Shown here in pieces: positions 15,702 through 25,306 of a stretch of DNA of 28,538 bases. Source of the DNA: a virus (lineage: Duplodnaviria; Caudoviricetes); the IMG/VR virus record IMGVR_UViG_3300037419_000419, positions 1 through 28,538 of that record. The stretch is one strand, 5' to 3'. The position numbers and the translations under genes were made by a program. Within the stretch, counting starts at the first letter, position 1; the number at the start of each line of letters is the position of its first letter. The notes under the pieces are model-generated. The model saw only the letters and a list, made by a program, of their open reading frames with translations, did not search any database and was not told where the DNA came from.

Positions 15702-16588
15702 TATTTCGTCTCCTCCTTGCGATAATACCAGCCTTTAGATTTCAAAAACGCTTCTAGTTCCGCTAGTCCTTTCGACCCTTCGTTATACCATCCGGTGATA
15801 ACATTGACTCGGACAGTCGGCTTTTGCGCTACTTTCTTCACCACTTCTTCTAGCTTCGCTTTTGTTTCCGCGCCTACAACGCCATCAACCGTTAACTTTT
15901 GATGGGCTTGAAACGATTTGACCGCAACGAACGTTTCTTGCCCGTAGTCTCCATCCGCACCGAACTTTGGAAGCTTCTCGCCAACTTTAAGGAGATATTC
16001 TTGCAGTTTCTTTACATCCGCCCCGTTGTCACCAATCTTTAGCACGGACGGTGCTGGCGCCTTTCCTTCCGGTTTAAAACCGACAGGCTGAGCGATAATT
16101 TGAGTGCCATAGTTACGGACTTGCTTTAGAAACGCCATTTTATCAATGCCGGTCCCTGGGCACGTTTTCGGTGCATGCTCACGATGGAACATGATTTCCG
16201 CACCGCATTCCGTTGTTAAAAAACGCTGGAGTTTAAGCATGGCGTCAAGTTGTGCGCCTTCTAATTTATCTTTTCCGGCATCAAAGTCGCCGAGCATCTC
16301 GACCATAAATGCGCCGGTATTATATCCGCTAATTCCTGCCGGAGTCTTGTCAAACGGACGTCCTGTCACGAATGTACCGTCCGGCATAAGCGTGACGTGT
16401 TGACCGATATTATCCCATCCGCGAGTCTTTACGTGGTAGTCGTACATACCTTGTTGTAGCGCAAGATGATTCTTTCCGTTGAAATTACTGTGGTTAGGAC
16501 GCCAAGTGTGGTGGATTTGCGAATATTTGTATTTGCGCCCCTTTAATCGTGCGATTAACTGATCGGCCGTCAATATTTCAAACGCCAT
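15701..16588 (-). CDS. Endolysin, N-acetylmuramoyl-L-alanine amidase (Amidase_2) with PG_binding_1 domain
   Basis: IHHT, GWDNIGQH, FHRE..PKTCPG Zn-amidase motifs; LKIGDNGADVKKLQ...DGDYG...FQ...DGVVG PG-binding repeat. Confidence 0.92.
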   Translation of the reverse strand: MAFEILTADQLIARLKGRKYKYSQIHHTWRPNHSNFNGKNHLALQQGMYDYHVKTRGWDNIGQHVTLMPDGTFVTGRPFDKTPAGISGYNTGAFMVEMLGDFDAGKDKLEGAQLDAMLKLQRFLTTECGAEIMFHREHAPKTCPGTGIDKMAFLKQVRNYGTQIIAQPVGFKPEGKAPAPSVLKIGDNGADVKKLQEYLLKVGEKLPKFGADGDYGQETFVAVKSFQAHQKLTVDGVVGAETKAKLEEVVKKVAQKPTVRVNVITGWYNEGSKGLAELEAFLKSKGWYYRKEETK

Positions 16589-16691
16589 TTTATTTCGCTT
16601 CCTTCCGTTAATTTTCTGTGGTACAATCTATACTAAGGTCGGCGCCGCAACTTTAAACGTAGCCAACGCAGGGCTGCGGTTGCCGACTGGC

Positions 16692-16946
16692 TTACCCGAA
16701 AACCGCTACGCCCACCGTTGCTAATAAGCCAAGCACGGCGATCATCGTTCCCCAAACCCACTTCGTATTCGCCTTCATATCGCGAATATCCTCGCGATTG
16801 TCTTCCGACATTGCCAGCGCTTTATCTGCTTTGGCGTCCGCTTCGTCTGCCACACGTTTAACTTCGCTCATATAATCCATTTTCGTATCGATTCGCACGA
16901 GCCATTCGCGCAGTTCCGCAATATCCCTACTTATTGGTTCCGACAC
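16692..16946 (-). CDS. XhlA-family holin-like lysis protein
   Basis: Coiled coil plus NTKWVWGT and C-terminal TM, upstream of the endolysin. Confidence 0.85.
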   Translation of the reverse strand: MSEPISRDIAELREWLVRIDTKMDYMSEVKRVADEADAKADKALAMSEDNREDIRDMKANTKWVWGTMIAVLGLLATVGVAVFG

Positions 16947-16977
16947 TTATTACGCCCTCCTCTCGTTGACAAATAAA

Positions 16978-17301
16978 TTAAACAATGGTTCCGGTTCCGT
17001 CTATCCATACGATAGGGTTGATCGCTTTGCACCATATCGGCTTACTAAGCGTAGTATCGAAATATACGGTACCGACAACTGCGTCCGACGGTCGTTCGGC
17101 AGTCGTGCCAGTGCGTTGTAATGCCGCAATCTTACTATCCGTTTCATCTGTGGTGTATGCGCCAATTTCAGCCGCAGATGTGGGCGTAGTTGGTACCCAA
17201 GCGCCTGCCGACGAATCATACTTTTTAAGCAGATACATCGCTGAATTGGACGTGTCTAACCACAAGGGATTTGTAATGATATCTCTTTCCCACGTAGGCA
17301 T
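16978..17301 (-). CDS. Small tail-fibre-like protein
   Basis: LWLDTS motif and C-terminal GTTAERP...GTVYFDTTLSKPIW...WIDGTG motif of tail fibres/appendages. Confidence 0.7.
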   Translation of the reverse strand: MPTWERDIITNPLWLDTSNSAMYLLKKYDSSAGAWVPTTPTSAAEIGAYTTDETDSKIAALQRTGTTAERPSDAVVGTVYFDTTLSKPIWCKAINPIVWIDGTGTIV

Positions 17302-17445
17302 TTATTCACCGCCGATTAGGTCTTCCCGACCTTTAGAAATTAAATAAGCGTCGATACCTGCTTGGAGGTCCGGGCGCTTTGAAATGACATATTCGTATGT
17401 GTATGCTCCGTCTATGATTCTCTGTCCCATATATTCTGCCATCAT
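17302..17445 (-). CDS. 47-aa tail-associated small protein (XkdX/CD1375-like position), missed by the ORF track
   Basis: MMAEYMGQRIIDGAYTYEYVISKRPDLQAGIDAYLISKGREDLIGGE; TAATG overlap with the upstream stop, abuts next ATG. Confidence 0.75.
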   Translation of the reverse strand: MMAEYMGQRIIDGAYTYEYVISKRPDLQAGIDAYLISKGREDLIGGE

Positions 17446-17720
17446 TACATCCCACCTAAAATCAAATCGTCGAGTGCGCTTTGTATGAGTTCTAATCTTT
17501 GCTGTGTTGTCTGACGATTCATCCTTTCTTCTTTTTCTTGAATCAATTGCTGCTGATAAGCTTCATCTTTTACTAATTGGCCGTTTTCTACCTTGAAAAT
17601 AAACGGATTCTCAAGAACCTCGTGGTCGTTTGAAACGTTCATTTCGATATCTGTTTCGCTTGTCTGAGTGCTCCCAAAACCAATCACTAGACCATCTTTA
17701 GTAGATAAATATATTTTCAT
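17445..17720 (-). CDS. Tail fibre assembly/chaperone-like protein (DUF2977/XkdW-like)
   Basis: FKVENGQLVKDE and C-terminal coiled coil; position after a tail-tip gene. Confidence 0.6.
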   Translation of the reverse strand: MKIYLSTKDGLVIGFGSTQTSETDIEMNVSNDHEVLENPFIFKVENGQLVKDEAYQQQLIQEKEERMNRQTTQQRLELIQSALDDLILGGM

Positions 17721-17730
17721 TTTCCCACTC

Positions 17731-18222
17731 CTACCATTCTAGAACATATCGAAGAACAACATCGTTTGCATTTATCGCACTCGATGAGTTATTTGCATTG
17801 CCTACGAGCGTTGTATCGTTTACTTGAAATTGTTTTACAGTACTTCCCGTGGCTGTGGATGATTGAGTATACGGTATATTGACCAACATAGAGGCGCCGG
17901 TGTGTAGTTGAGGATACCGTTTCGGGATTAACGTAAAGACAAAATCCCAGTTATTCGCCGTGTTTGATGGCGACGGGTCGAAGTCACTCCACACCAATAT
18001 CCAACCATTCCGACAAGCCGCAAGATTTTTCGTAGGATTGACACTTTGTCCGTCCTGTAAAAAAAGAACGCCGCTCCATAACGTATCCTGTGTGATATTT
18101 TTCAAATTAAAAACTTCCGCATCCAGTTTATCGGCAGTAGCGTTAAGTTCTTGAAACGTCTGTTCCATTTCATCGCTTATTTGCCATTTATATAAAGAGA
18201 GATTCGGAGTAAACTCAGCCAT
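17731..18222 (-). CDS. Minor tail-tip protein, putative receptor-binding head domain
   Basis: TPNLSL start; LWSG...CRNGWILVWSDFD...VLRYVLEW beta-sandwich seen at C-termini of siphophage tail proteins. Confidence 0.65.
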   Translation of the reverse strand: MAEFTPNLSLYKWQISDEMEQTFQELNATADKLDAEVFNLKNITQDTLWSGVLFLQDGQSVNPTKNLAACRNGWILVWSDFDPSPSNTANNWDFVFTLIPKRYPQLHTGASMLVNIPYTQSSTATGSTVKQFQVNDTTLVGNANNSSSAINANDVVLRYVLEW

Positions 18223-19486
18223 TTATAAAAACCTCCCATGTCTGGGTTAAATCGTAATTTTCCCAAGTATTTTTTACCACGTCCGGTGGCGAAGGACTCT
18301 TAAAGATGTTCTCTCCTATTTCGTCCCATCCCGATTCCTTTTTTAACAGTTTTGACTGTAAAGCGCGCATTTCAGGCGAGATATTACTTCGCACCTTCTT
18401 GAAATTTCCTAACGTACATTTATCGCGACTTGGATCGCTGAAACACGTTTCCAACTGCCGGACACGCGCCTCTAAATATAGATTGGGCGAAAACGTCTCG
18501 TCGATGACGTAAACGGTATCCCCCAACCGAACCGCCTCGTGTTCCATGTTTGCCAATCGCTCAAGCAGCGCTACATCTAATTCGTATGTGATTAGAGGCG
18601 TTTTTCGCTTCTGCAACTCCGTCCATGTACGTTTAAGCAAATCCTCTGCGTTAGTCGTATCGTATTGATAAACGCCAAACAGATGCTTCCCCTTAATTCC
18701 GTATTTTTGAACCGCATCGGAATCGCCTACCCAATCTTGGCCGAACGGCTTATTAAACGCCTTTCCGTCCACCGTGTAATAAGCGATACTTTTAAACGTA
18801 GTTGGTATCCCGTTTTTATCGCCCTTGCCGACGCCTATTAACGCGGTCACAACATCGGTCATATCGATTTTCCGGCGAATGGAATTAATATCTTTTTTAT
18901 ACGTAAACCTCTTCTTCGTATCATTTCCGCGTTGTTCCACCAGGTCAACATACCGCGCAACAATTTCGCCGTTTTTCATTTTGACACGGAAATTCAATTC
19001 CGCCGAAAACTTATCCTTTACGTATTGCAACGCCGAGAGGACCGTTTGGTAATCCTCGAAGTAAAAGTTATCAATGCCCATGTATTCGGTTTCACCGCGC
19101 ACCCAACGTGTATCTGCGAGTACAATATCGAGGATCTGCTTTACGTTTTTAGACATATGATTAACCGGACGAAATATATCGTTAAGCAATTCTAAGCCGG
19201 CATTCTCTGCGTAAATATATTTGTCGCCCATCTCCGCATGAGTTTCCTCGATTTGAACAACGGTAAACATGACGAGCTCGTTGTCTAAATTCTTGCGGAC
19301 AATAAAGCCGCCTTCTTCAATTTCGTTAGCCTTTTCGTGGTTAGATGGAATGCGAAACTCATACGAAGATGTTCCGGTATCCAAATCCTCTTTCAATACG
19401 TCGTCGTAGTACGGGCAGGAATCCGGACTGCCGTTGTTCGTATAAACCGCTTGCACGCGCTCATGTCGATCGAGTACGTATATCAT
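18215..19486 (-). CDS. Tal / prophage tail (baseplate hub) protein
   Basis: Follows Dit; RFTYKKDINSIRRKID..VVTALIGVG, VRLGDTVYVID, CTLGNF motifs. Confidence 0.85.
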   Translation of the reverse strand: MIYVLDRHERVQAVYTNNGSPDSCPYYDDVLKEDLDTGTSSYEFRIPSNHEKANEIEEGGFIVRKNLDNELVMFTVVQIEETHAEMGDKYIYAENAGLELLNDIFRPVNHMSKNVKQILDIVLADTRWVRGETEYMGIDNFYFEDYQTVLSALQYVKDKFSAELNFRVKMKNGEIVARYVDLVEQRGNDTKKRFTYKKDINSIRRKIDMTDVVTALIGVGKGDKNGIPTTFKSIAYYTVDGKAFNKPFGQDWVGDSDAVQKYGIKGKHLFGVYQYDTTNAEDLLKRTWTELQKRKTPLITYELDVALLERLANMEHEAVRLGDTVYVIDETFSPNLYLEARVRQLETCFSDPSRDKCTLGNFKKVRSNISPEMRALQSKLLKKESGWDEIGENIFKSPSPPDVVKNTWENYDLTQTWEVFING

Positions 19487-19497
19487 ATCCGCACCTC

Positions 19498-21186
19498 CTA
19501 CAAGAACCTTTCCGTAAACTCGGCGGTAAATGTTGCGTTTGGATCATCGGTATTTACTCGTACTTCTGTCGTTCCTTCGTAAACCGGAAAGAACGTGCTC
19601 GCTACGTCTACTTCCTGCATGAATGGGTCGCCGTTAAGCCAGACGCTGCTATCGGATAAGTCGACTTCTAATTCGTCACCGGCCTCAAAAAGTACAGGCA
19701 CATCGATGACCGTATCAGTATTATGCTTAATAACCTGCATATTGGTAACGCGCATTTTCTGAACCACAGGAGTGTTTTCATACTGGGCGAAATGTATTAC
19801 TACATAAGAGAGGTCAGCCGTTGTGTAGATGCCTTCCTTATCGTAAAACGTCTTTTTGATCGGTTTCTTTTTCTTACCGTTGGAAATACGAGAAACTTCC
19901 GCATACCACTTCGTACCGATTCGGGATAACGTGAACTCGCCGTAAAAATCATTGAATGAGCCGACATGTTCTGGGTAGACGGTTTTTGTTCCCCATTTAT
20001 CAAACACTTTTAGCTTTTTACCCGCTTTCAATGTATCCGTTGTCCGCATCTTATTGAGTGTCGCCAATTCCTTGGCAGACATCTTATGCTTCTTAGCAAT
20101 GTTAGTCCATGTCGTTAATGCCGTTGTTGCTATATCACTTTTTAGGACTGTGTACGTCTTATAAAGTTTTTGTTTCACTTTTTTACCGGCTGGAGCTTTT
20201 GGTTCGGATTCTAAAAAAGTGCTGTTGCCGATGAAAACTTCGGGAATATTAAACTCGTAATTTTTATACGAATCTCTCATGACAAGTTTGCCAATTTTTC
20301 CGCCAGATTGATTGAACAAGTAAATCTCTAGTCGTCCAGTTTGGTCGCCGTCTAGCGAAGAATTACCGTCCTGCGAACTGAAATCCAAGCGAGCTTTTAC
20401 GGTAAAATCTTTAACCAGCTCGGACAAATCCTTTCTGATAGCGGGACCGTGCCACAACTTAGAGCCTGCAGTGCCTGTTCCGTAACTTGCCGCCGCTATT
20501 CCATCCGTATCTTTAACAACGACAGAGCCTGCGTTTATTCTTCCCTCATCAAGTGCGGTGTGTGCCGCCCATCCTGAAGTACTTGTCATAGCGTCGTTAA
20601 TCATGTACTGCGTTTTAGGCAAAACGATTTGGTCCGGCTCATTAGGATTGCCGATTAATATGACGCCATCAGGCGAGATGATACTTGCGAAAGTAGCCTC
20701 ATGCTGAAAATTAACGGTAAATTTAGGAAAGGTTGTCGTAGTGCCTTCGTTATGAAACGTGAATAAACGATTGACAGGCGTGATGACTTTAGACTCGTTG
20801 GCGTATGCGAACGGATCGGGACACAGAAAGGATAACGTACCTTCTCCGACCGTCATAAGACTGTTAACCATATCGGTATCACCTGATAAAATCGCAAAGT
20901 AATGCTTATCGTCTTCGTCCGAAATAATTAATTCCGAAGGCTCCTCGATGTCCATGCAGAACGCTAAAAATCTCAGAGTTTCCATGTACAAAGTCGGCGT
21001 GTCGGCAACCACCGTTAAATTAATGTCAATCTTGCGTACTCCGTAGCGCGCACCCGTGAAATAAGCGCCGTGTCTTGCTGGCACTGTTAATAACGAAATT
21101 TCGCGTGGAGGGAGGATGCTGCGCTGAATATTTTGGATGTAAAAGTATTCGCTCAACTCTACCCCTGCGTATGTTATCGTCCTCAA
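19498..21186 (-). CDS. Distal tail protein (evolved Dit) with large insertion containing a LysM motif
   Basis: Dit N-term (VPARHG...RKI...GTLSFLCPDPFAY, NEGT) and C-term (FFP...ERFL); internal YTV...WTNIAKKHKMSAKELATLN...LKAGKKLKV. Confidence 0.88.
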   Translation of the reverse strand: MRTITYAGVELSEYFYIQNIQRSILPPREISLLTVPARHGAYFTGARYGVRKIDINLTVVADTPTLYMETLRFLAFCMDIEEPSELIISDEDDKHYFAILSGDTDMVNSLMTVGEGTLSFLCPDPFAYANESKVITPVNRLFTFHNEGTTTTFPKFTVNFQHEATFASIISPDGVILIGNPNEPDQIVLPKTQYMINDAMTSTSGWAAHTALDEGRINAGSVVVKDTDGIAAASYGTGTAGSKLWHGPAIRKDLSELVKDFTVKARLDFSSQDGNSSLDGDQTGRLEIYLFNQSGGKIGKLVMRDSYKNYEFNIPEVFIGNSTFLESEPKAPAGKKVKQKLYKTYTVLKSDIATTALTTWTNIAKKHKMSAKELATLNKMRTTDTLKAGKKLKVFDKWGTKTVYPEHVGSFNDFYGEFTLSRIGTKWYAEVSRISNGKKKKPIKKTFYDKEGIYTTADLSYVVIHFAQYENTPVVQKMRVTNMQVIKHNTDTVIDVPVLFEAGDELEVDLSDSSVWLNGDPFMQEVDVASTFFPVYEGTTEVRVNTDDPNATFTAEFTERFL

Positions 21187-23969
21187 TTCGCTCCCCCCAT
21201 TCTATTTTTTCTAGCGTTTAAAATGTCGATTTCCTCTTGGTTGTACTTTGCGGTGGCCTTCGCGATTTCGCGTCCATCCACGGCAATACCTACGTTAATC
21301 GGACGACTAGATAATGCTTCGATTGCTTGTTTAAGTCCGGCGATATCAGGCGACTTCCCTCCGCTTTGGTTCGTAAGCCCTGCGTCAAGCATTCTGAATA
21401 AATTCGATTGTTGCGCTTCTGTGAGTACCATTTCGTTACGCAGTAAACGGACATCAACTTCGTTGTGGTTCGGTGCGTTTGCGAAAAACTGAGCCGCGTT
21501 ACCACCAACATGTAACTTCCTTGGAAATGTTCCGCCGGTATGGCGATTGAAGTCGGGGTCTACTTTGCCCCGCATCCAAGTGCTGGTCGTATCGCCTCTA
21601 GTCTGAACTGTGACCGTTTTCGTGATACCCTTACCGAGCGCATCGTTCATGGCGGCTGCTCTACCGATAATCTCTTCGACTTTTGACTTAGCGCCTTGAA
21701 GATTATTGATTTGCGATTGGATTGCGCCAGCGGAGTTTTGATACTCCTGAGTATTGCGCATATTAATCGGCGTCTGATCTTTTAGCGTTTGTTTTTGCTT
21801 CTCAAGTTTCGAGATAGCCGAGTTGATTGCGCTGATTTCCGTACCACGTTTTGCGTTGATGCCGACTTGTCGCAATTCGATATCGACCATTTTGCGTTTA
21901 ACCTCGTCGAGTTTACCGATTTGCGCCTGAACCTTCGCAATCTCTTCCTGCTTTTTAAGGACCGCAGTAGACGCCGTCGACACTTCGTCTTTCATGATTT
22001 GATGCTTTTGTTTCTCGATAGCAATACTGTTCATGAGTCGATTTACTTCGCTTGTATTGTGATTTGCTTTAGCCGTCGCTAACTCAGATTCAAGCCCCGC
22101 TATGACCTTACGCTGTTCTATTTCCTTCGTATTTAAACCATTCAATTCCGTTTTAAGTGTCTTCTGTTCTGTGAGCAACGTTTTTTCACGGATTAAATTC
22201 TTCTCCATACCCGCTTCTGCTTTCGCTTTTTGCGCCTCGAGTTCCAACCGAATCATTTCCATTTGCTGTTCGTTGTACTTTTTTGCTGCGCCTGTATTTT
22301 CAAGCAAAACGTTTCCTTGGTTGCTTAGTACCGTATTTGAATTCGGTACTACTTTCAAGATTTCGCCATTCAACCGCACCATCTCAGCAAGTTGCTCGTT
22401 TGAAAGACCGGATTTCTCGCGCAGTTTTTCCTGCTCATCTTTAAGCCTGGCGATCACGTTCGGATCAGCCGTCTTAGATATTTCAGAGTTTATATCTACA
22501 AATCTACCGAACTCTTCCGTTGACAGCTTAGATGCCGTTTTCAACTCGTCAAACTTATTGATGCTGACGTCTAATGAGTCCGCCTGTTCAAGCATGGCAT
22601 TTGCGTTATCGAGCGATACTTTTTCCATTTCGTTCTGATGAACGACTACGCCCGCAATTACTCCGCCTAGAATAGATAAAGCCGTAATCGCCGCGCCGGC
22701 TGGCGTTAATGCAAACGCTCGAAGTGCTACGCTAAGTTTTGCGATTGAACTTCCGACAAGTAGTATCCCCGTTGTTGCGCCCGCCATCGCTAATCCGACC
22801 TTGATTGTTGAGCTGTCGACCTCTCCAAATTTACGAATAAGTTCCGTTGCGAATTTGGTAATATCGGTAAATGCCGGTAGAAATTCTTCGCCAACCGAAA
22901 TCCCAACACTCTCAATCGTTGACTGAAACTCAGCAAATGCGCCTTTAAGCGTATCTAGTTTAACCTTCGCAACATCGACCGCTTTGACTTTCGACATGGC
23001 CGCCCACATATCCTCGACGCCCTTAGCGCCTTCTTTAAATAGAATGGTTCCGGCACGAACCGCATCAGAACCGAACATATCCTTCAATGCTTCTCCGCGT
23101 TCTTTAGGATTCAATTTTATTAACGCTTTACGAAGAACGTCTGAAATTTCAGCTAACGATTTAATTTTACCTTCAGCATCGTAAAATTTATTGGAGCCAT
23201 CCGCCATGGCGATTCCTAATTCGTGCATAGTTTCCCTTGCGCGTTTACCGGACGGGACTAAGTTCATTAACATCGTTTTTAAAGACGTACCAGCGTCGCT
23301 GCCTTTTATTCCGTTTTGGGCAAATACCGCAAGTGCTGTCGTAGTGTCTTTAAAGCTTAAACCGACCCCTGACGCAACAGCAGAAACCGCTGATAAACCG
23401 AACTTTAATTCGCCGACGTCCGTTGCTGAAGCATTGGCCGCTCCGGCTAAGATGTCCGCAGCCGTAGCTACGTCTAATTGGTCAGCTTTAAAAGCATTAA
23501 GCGCAGTACTTGCGATTTCGGCCGCATCAGCCAATTGTAAGTTTCCCGCCACGGCGAGATTAAGCGCGCCTTCTAGTCCGCCATTTAGTATGTCTGTGAC
23601 AGTTAAACCGGCTTTAATTAACTCCTCGATACCTCCCGCCGCTTCCGTTGCGCTAAATGCCGTTTTGAGGCCCATCTCTTTCGCAAGGTCGCCAAGCTGA
23701 CTCATTTCGCTTGCAGTAGCGCCTGATACCGATTTTACGTCCGCCATCTTTTGCTCGAAATCAGCCGCCGTTTTCACTGCCGCACCAATGCCGACCGCGA
23801 GAGCCGTTCCCATTCCAAGCGCCGCGCTATGAATCAGTTTAATATCTTTACTAACTCTTCGCGCCGACTGACCGGTATTAGTCATCTGAGTACGAGCATC
23901 ACGCATACTTCGGTTAAACTGATCACTCGAGAGGACGAGGCGTGCACGTATTTCTCCCACATCTGCCAT
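21183..23969 (-). CDS. Tail tape measure protein (TP901-type core)
   Basis: AADFEQKM...FSATEAA...GIKGSDAGTSLK motifs, hydrophobic middle, long coiled coil. Confidence 0.93.
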   Translation of the reverse strand: MADVGEIRARLVLSSDQFNRSMRDARTQMTNTGQSARRVSKDIKLIHSAALGMGTALAVGIGAAVKTAADFEQKMADVKSVSGATASEMSQLGDLAKEMGLKTAFSATEAAGGIEELIKAGLTVTDILNGGLEGALNLAVAGNLQLADAAEIASTALNAFKADQLDVATAADILAGAANASATDVGELKFGLSAVSAVASGVGLSFKDTTTALAVFAQNGIKGSDAGTSLKTMLMNLVPSGKRARETMHELGIAMADGSNKFYDAEGKIKSLAEISDVLRKALIKLNPKERGEALKDMFGSDAVRAGTILFKEGAKGVEDMWAAMSKVKAVDVAKVKLDTLKGAFAEFQSTIESVGISVGEEFLPAFTDITKFATELIRKFGEVDSSTIKVGLAMAGATTGILLVGSSIAKLSVALRAFALTPAGAAITALSILGGVIAGVVVHQNEMEKVSLDNANAMLEQADSLDVSINKFDELKTASKLSTEEFGRFVDINSEISKTADPNVIARLKDEQEKLREKSGLSNEQLAEMVRLNGEILKVVPNSNTVLSNQGNVLLENTGAAKKYNEQQMEMIRLELEAQKAKAEAGMEKNLIREKTLLTEQKTLKTELNGLNTKEIEQRKVIAGLESELATAKANHNTSEVNRLMNSIAIEKQKHQIMKDEVSTASTAVLKKQEEIAKVQAQIGKLDEVKRKMVDIELRQVGINAKRGTEISAINSAISKLEKQKQTLKDQTPINMRNTQEYQNSAGAIQSQINNLQGAKSKVEEIIGRAAAMNDALGKGITKTVTVQTRGDTTSTWMRGKVDPDFNRHTGGTFPRKLHVGGNAAQFFANAPNHNEVDVRLLRNEMVLTEAQQSNLFRMLDAGLTNQSGGKSPDIAGLKQAIEALSSRPINVGIAVDGREIAKATAKYNQEEIDILNARKNRMGGAN

Positions 23970-23984
23970 TCAATTACCTCCTTT

Positions 23985-24275
23985 CTATCCTTTCGCAAAC
24001 ATCCGTAATTCCTCGAATTTATCGCGATTAAAACTTTGCTCTTCCTTAATTCCTACGTCCTTATTAAGTCGGCGAATAAACGCTTTATATTCCGCCTCTT
24101 CAAGACTACGATTATTCGTTGCAAGAATAAGGTGAACGTCGGTTAACCGTTCTAAGGCGCTTTGTTTACGCTTAGACTCAAGTACCGCCGGCAAATCGAC
24201 CATATAGTAGCCGGTTTCCAGTTCGACTTGTGACACGCCTATCGCAACGGAAGCCTCGATTAAGAAGTCATCCAT
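23985..24275 (-). CDS. Tail assembly chaperone C-terminal part (gpT-like, reached by -1 frameshift)
   Basis: Open in the -1 frame from the slippery site at 24329-24335; located just before the TMP. Confidence 0.7.
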   Translation of the reverse strand: MDDFLIEASVAIGVSQVELETGYYMVDLPAVLESKRKQSALERLTDVHLILATNNRSLEEAEYKAFIRRLNKDVGIKEEQSFNRDKFEELRMFAKG

Positions 24276-24298
24276 CGTTATCTTTTCGCCTTCCTCCG

Positions 24299-24676
24299 TT
24301 ACGGTTGTTTCGGCAGAAGGCTTTTTACGTTTTTTACGACGTCATCTAATCGGTTCCGTTTTACCGTCCTGGCGATGTATTCGAATAATTCATCCACGCC
24401 AACGTTTTCCGCAATGTAGTCCGCTTCTACTCCGCTTAAAACTGCTACAATCTGTGCGACTTCCTCGAACGCTATGTCAAGCGCAGCAATAATCGTCGAG
24501 TAGAAATCATCAGCAGGCGCCGACAATACTTGCACAACTAAGCCCGGAATCTTATCGACTGTTTCGAATAATTGTCGCCATTTTGCGATTGTTAACTTTT
24601 CTATTTTTACGCGCTTCTCTCCGAGCATCATTTCATGTTCGCCAAGCGCCGTTATGTTCGATTTTCGTTTAAACAC
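24299..24676 (-). CDS. Tail assembly chaperone (gpG-like)
   Basis: Between major tail protein and TMP; ends with GTA AAA AAC slippery sequence. Confidence 0.8.
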   Translation of the reverse strand: MFKRKSNITALGEHEMMLGEKRVKIEKLTIAKWRQLFETVDKIPGLVVQVLSAPADDFYSTIIAALDIAFEEVAQIVAVLSGVEADYIAENVGVDELFEYIARTVKRNRLDDVVKNVKSLLPKQP

Positions 24677-24698
24677 GGTGGAGCACCTCCGTTAAATT

Positions 24699-24728
24699 AA
24701 AAAGGCGAGCCGCCCGAAGGTGCCCGCC
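24699..24728 (-). terminator. Intrinsic terminator after the major tail gene
   Basis: Minus strand GGCGGGCACC-TTCG-GGCGGCTCGCC-TTTTT. Confidence 0.65.
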
Positions 24729-24735
24729 GTGGTTG

Positions 24736-25266
24736 TTACGCAGTTGTTTCGTCACCAAGGATAAATAGTTCGCCAGTAGTAATGTCCGGATAGCCGACGA
24801 AAGTGATATTCACAATTCGCTCATTATCCGCATCATACGTATACTCAGGATCAGCTAATGCGCCAGCCAACGGAATAGTAATCCAATCGTTTGCTGTAGC
24901 CGCCGCATCAGTCGGTTTGATAATAAGTTGTTTTGCGGTCGCAAGTAAATCGGCGCCCGCCTGTGATTTAACTACGAGTTTCTTCTTTTCATTCGGAGCA
25001 GTTCCGCTCTTCGTGAATGTTGAATTCGGAATAACTTTCGATAATTTCTCAAGATCATGCAATGCGAAAGGAACGGTTACTTCGCAAGTGCGTCCTTTCA
25101 TAATCGACTTAACCGGAGTATCTCCGTATTGGTCGACGGTAATGTCTTGCTTGTTTGTTGTTGCAGTAAATTTAATTCCGCCCTTAGTGATGTCGAATGT
25201 AACTAAATCGACGCCTTCGCCGTACTCGACTTTCGCTGGGCCGATAGGTACGTTAATCCCTGCCAT
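24736..25266 (-). CDS. Major tail (tube) protein
   Basis: IGPAKV...TKGGI...VDQYGDTPV pattern; synteny; followed by a terminator. Confidence 0.85.
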   Translation of the reverse strand: MAGINVPIGPAKVEYGEGVDLVTFDITKGGIKFTATTNKQDITVDQYGDTPVKSIMKGRTCEVTVPFALHDLEKLSKVIPNSTFTKSGTAPNEKKKLVVKSQAGADLLATAKQLIIKPTDAAATANDWITIPLAGALADPEYTYDADNERIVNITFVGYPDITTGELFILGDETTA

Positions 25267-25306
25267 TTATTTTCCCTCCTCAAAATAAAAAAGCGCAGTC
25301 GCACCG

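Noticed and set aside
16692-16946. XhlA 'hemolysin' as a virulence factor
   Set aside because: Its position in the lysis cassette indicates a holin-like role.
16978-18222. Diversity-generating retroelement or invertible shufflon in the tail-tip genes
   Set aside because: No reverse transcriptase, no template/variable repeat pair and no inverted cassettes seen; only a short TGGGAAA similarity at the junctions.
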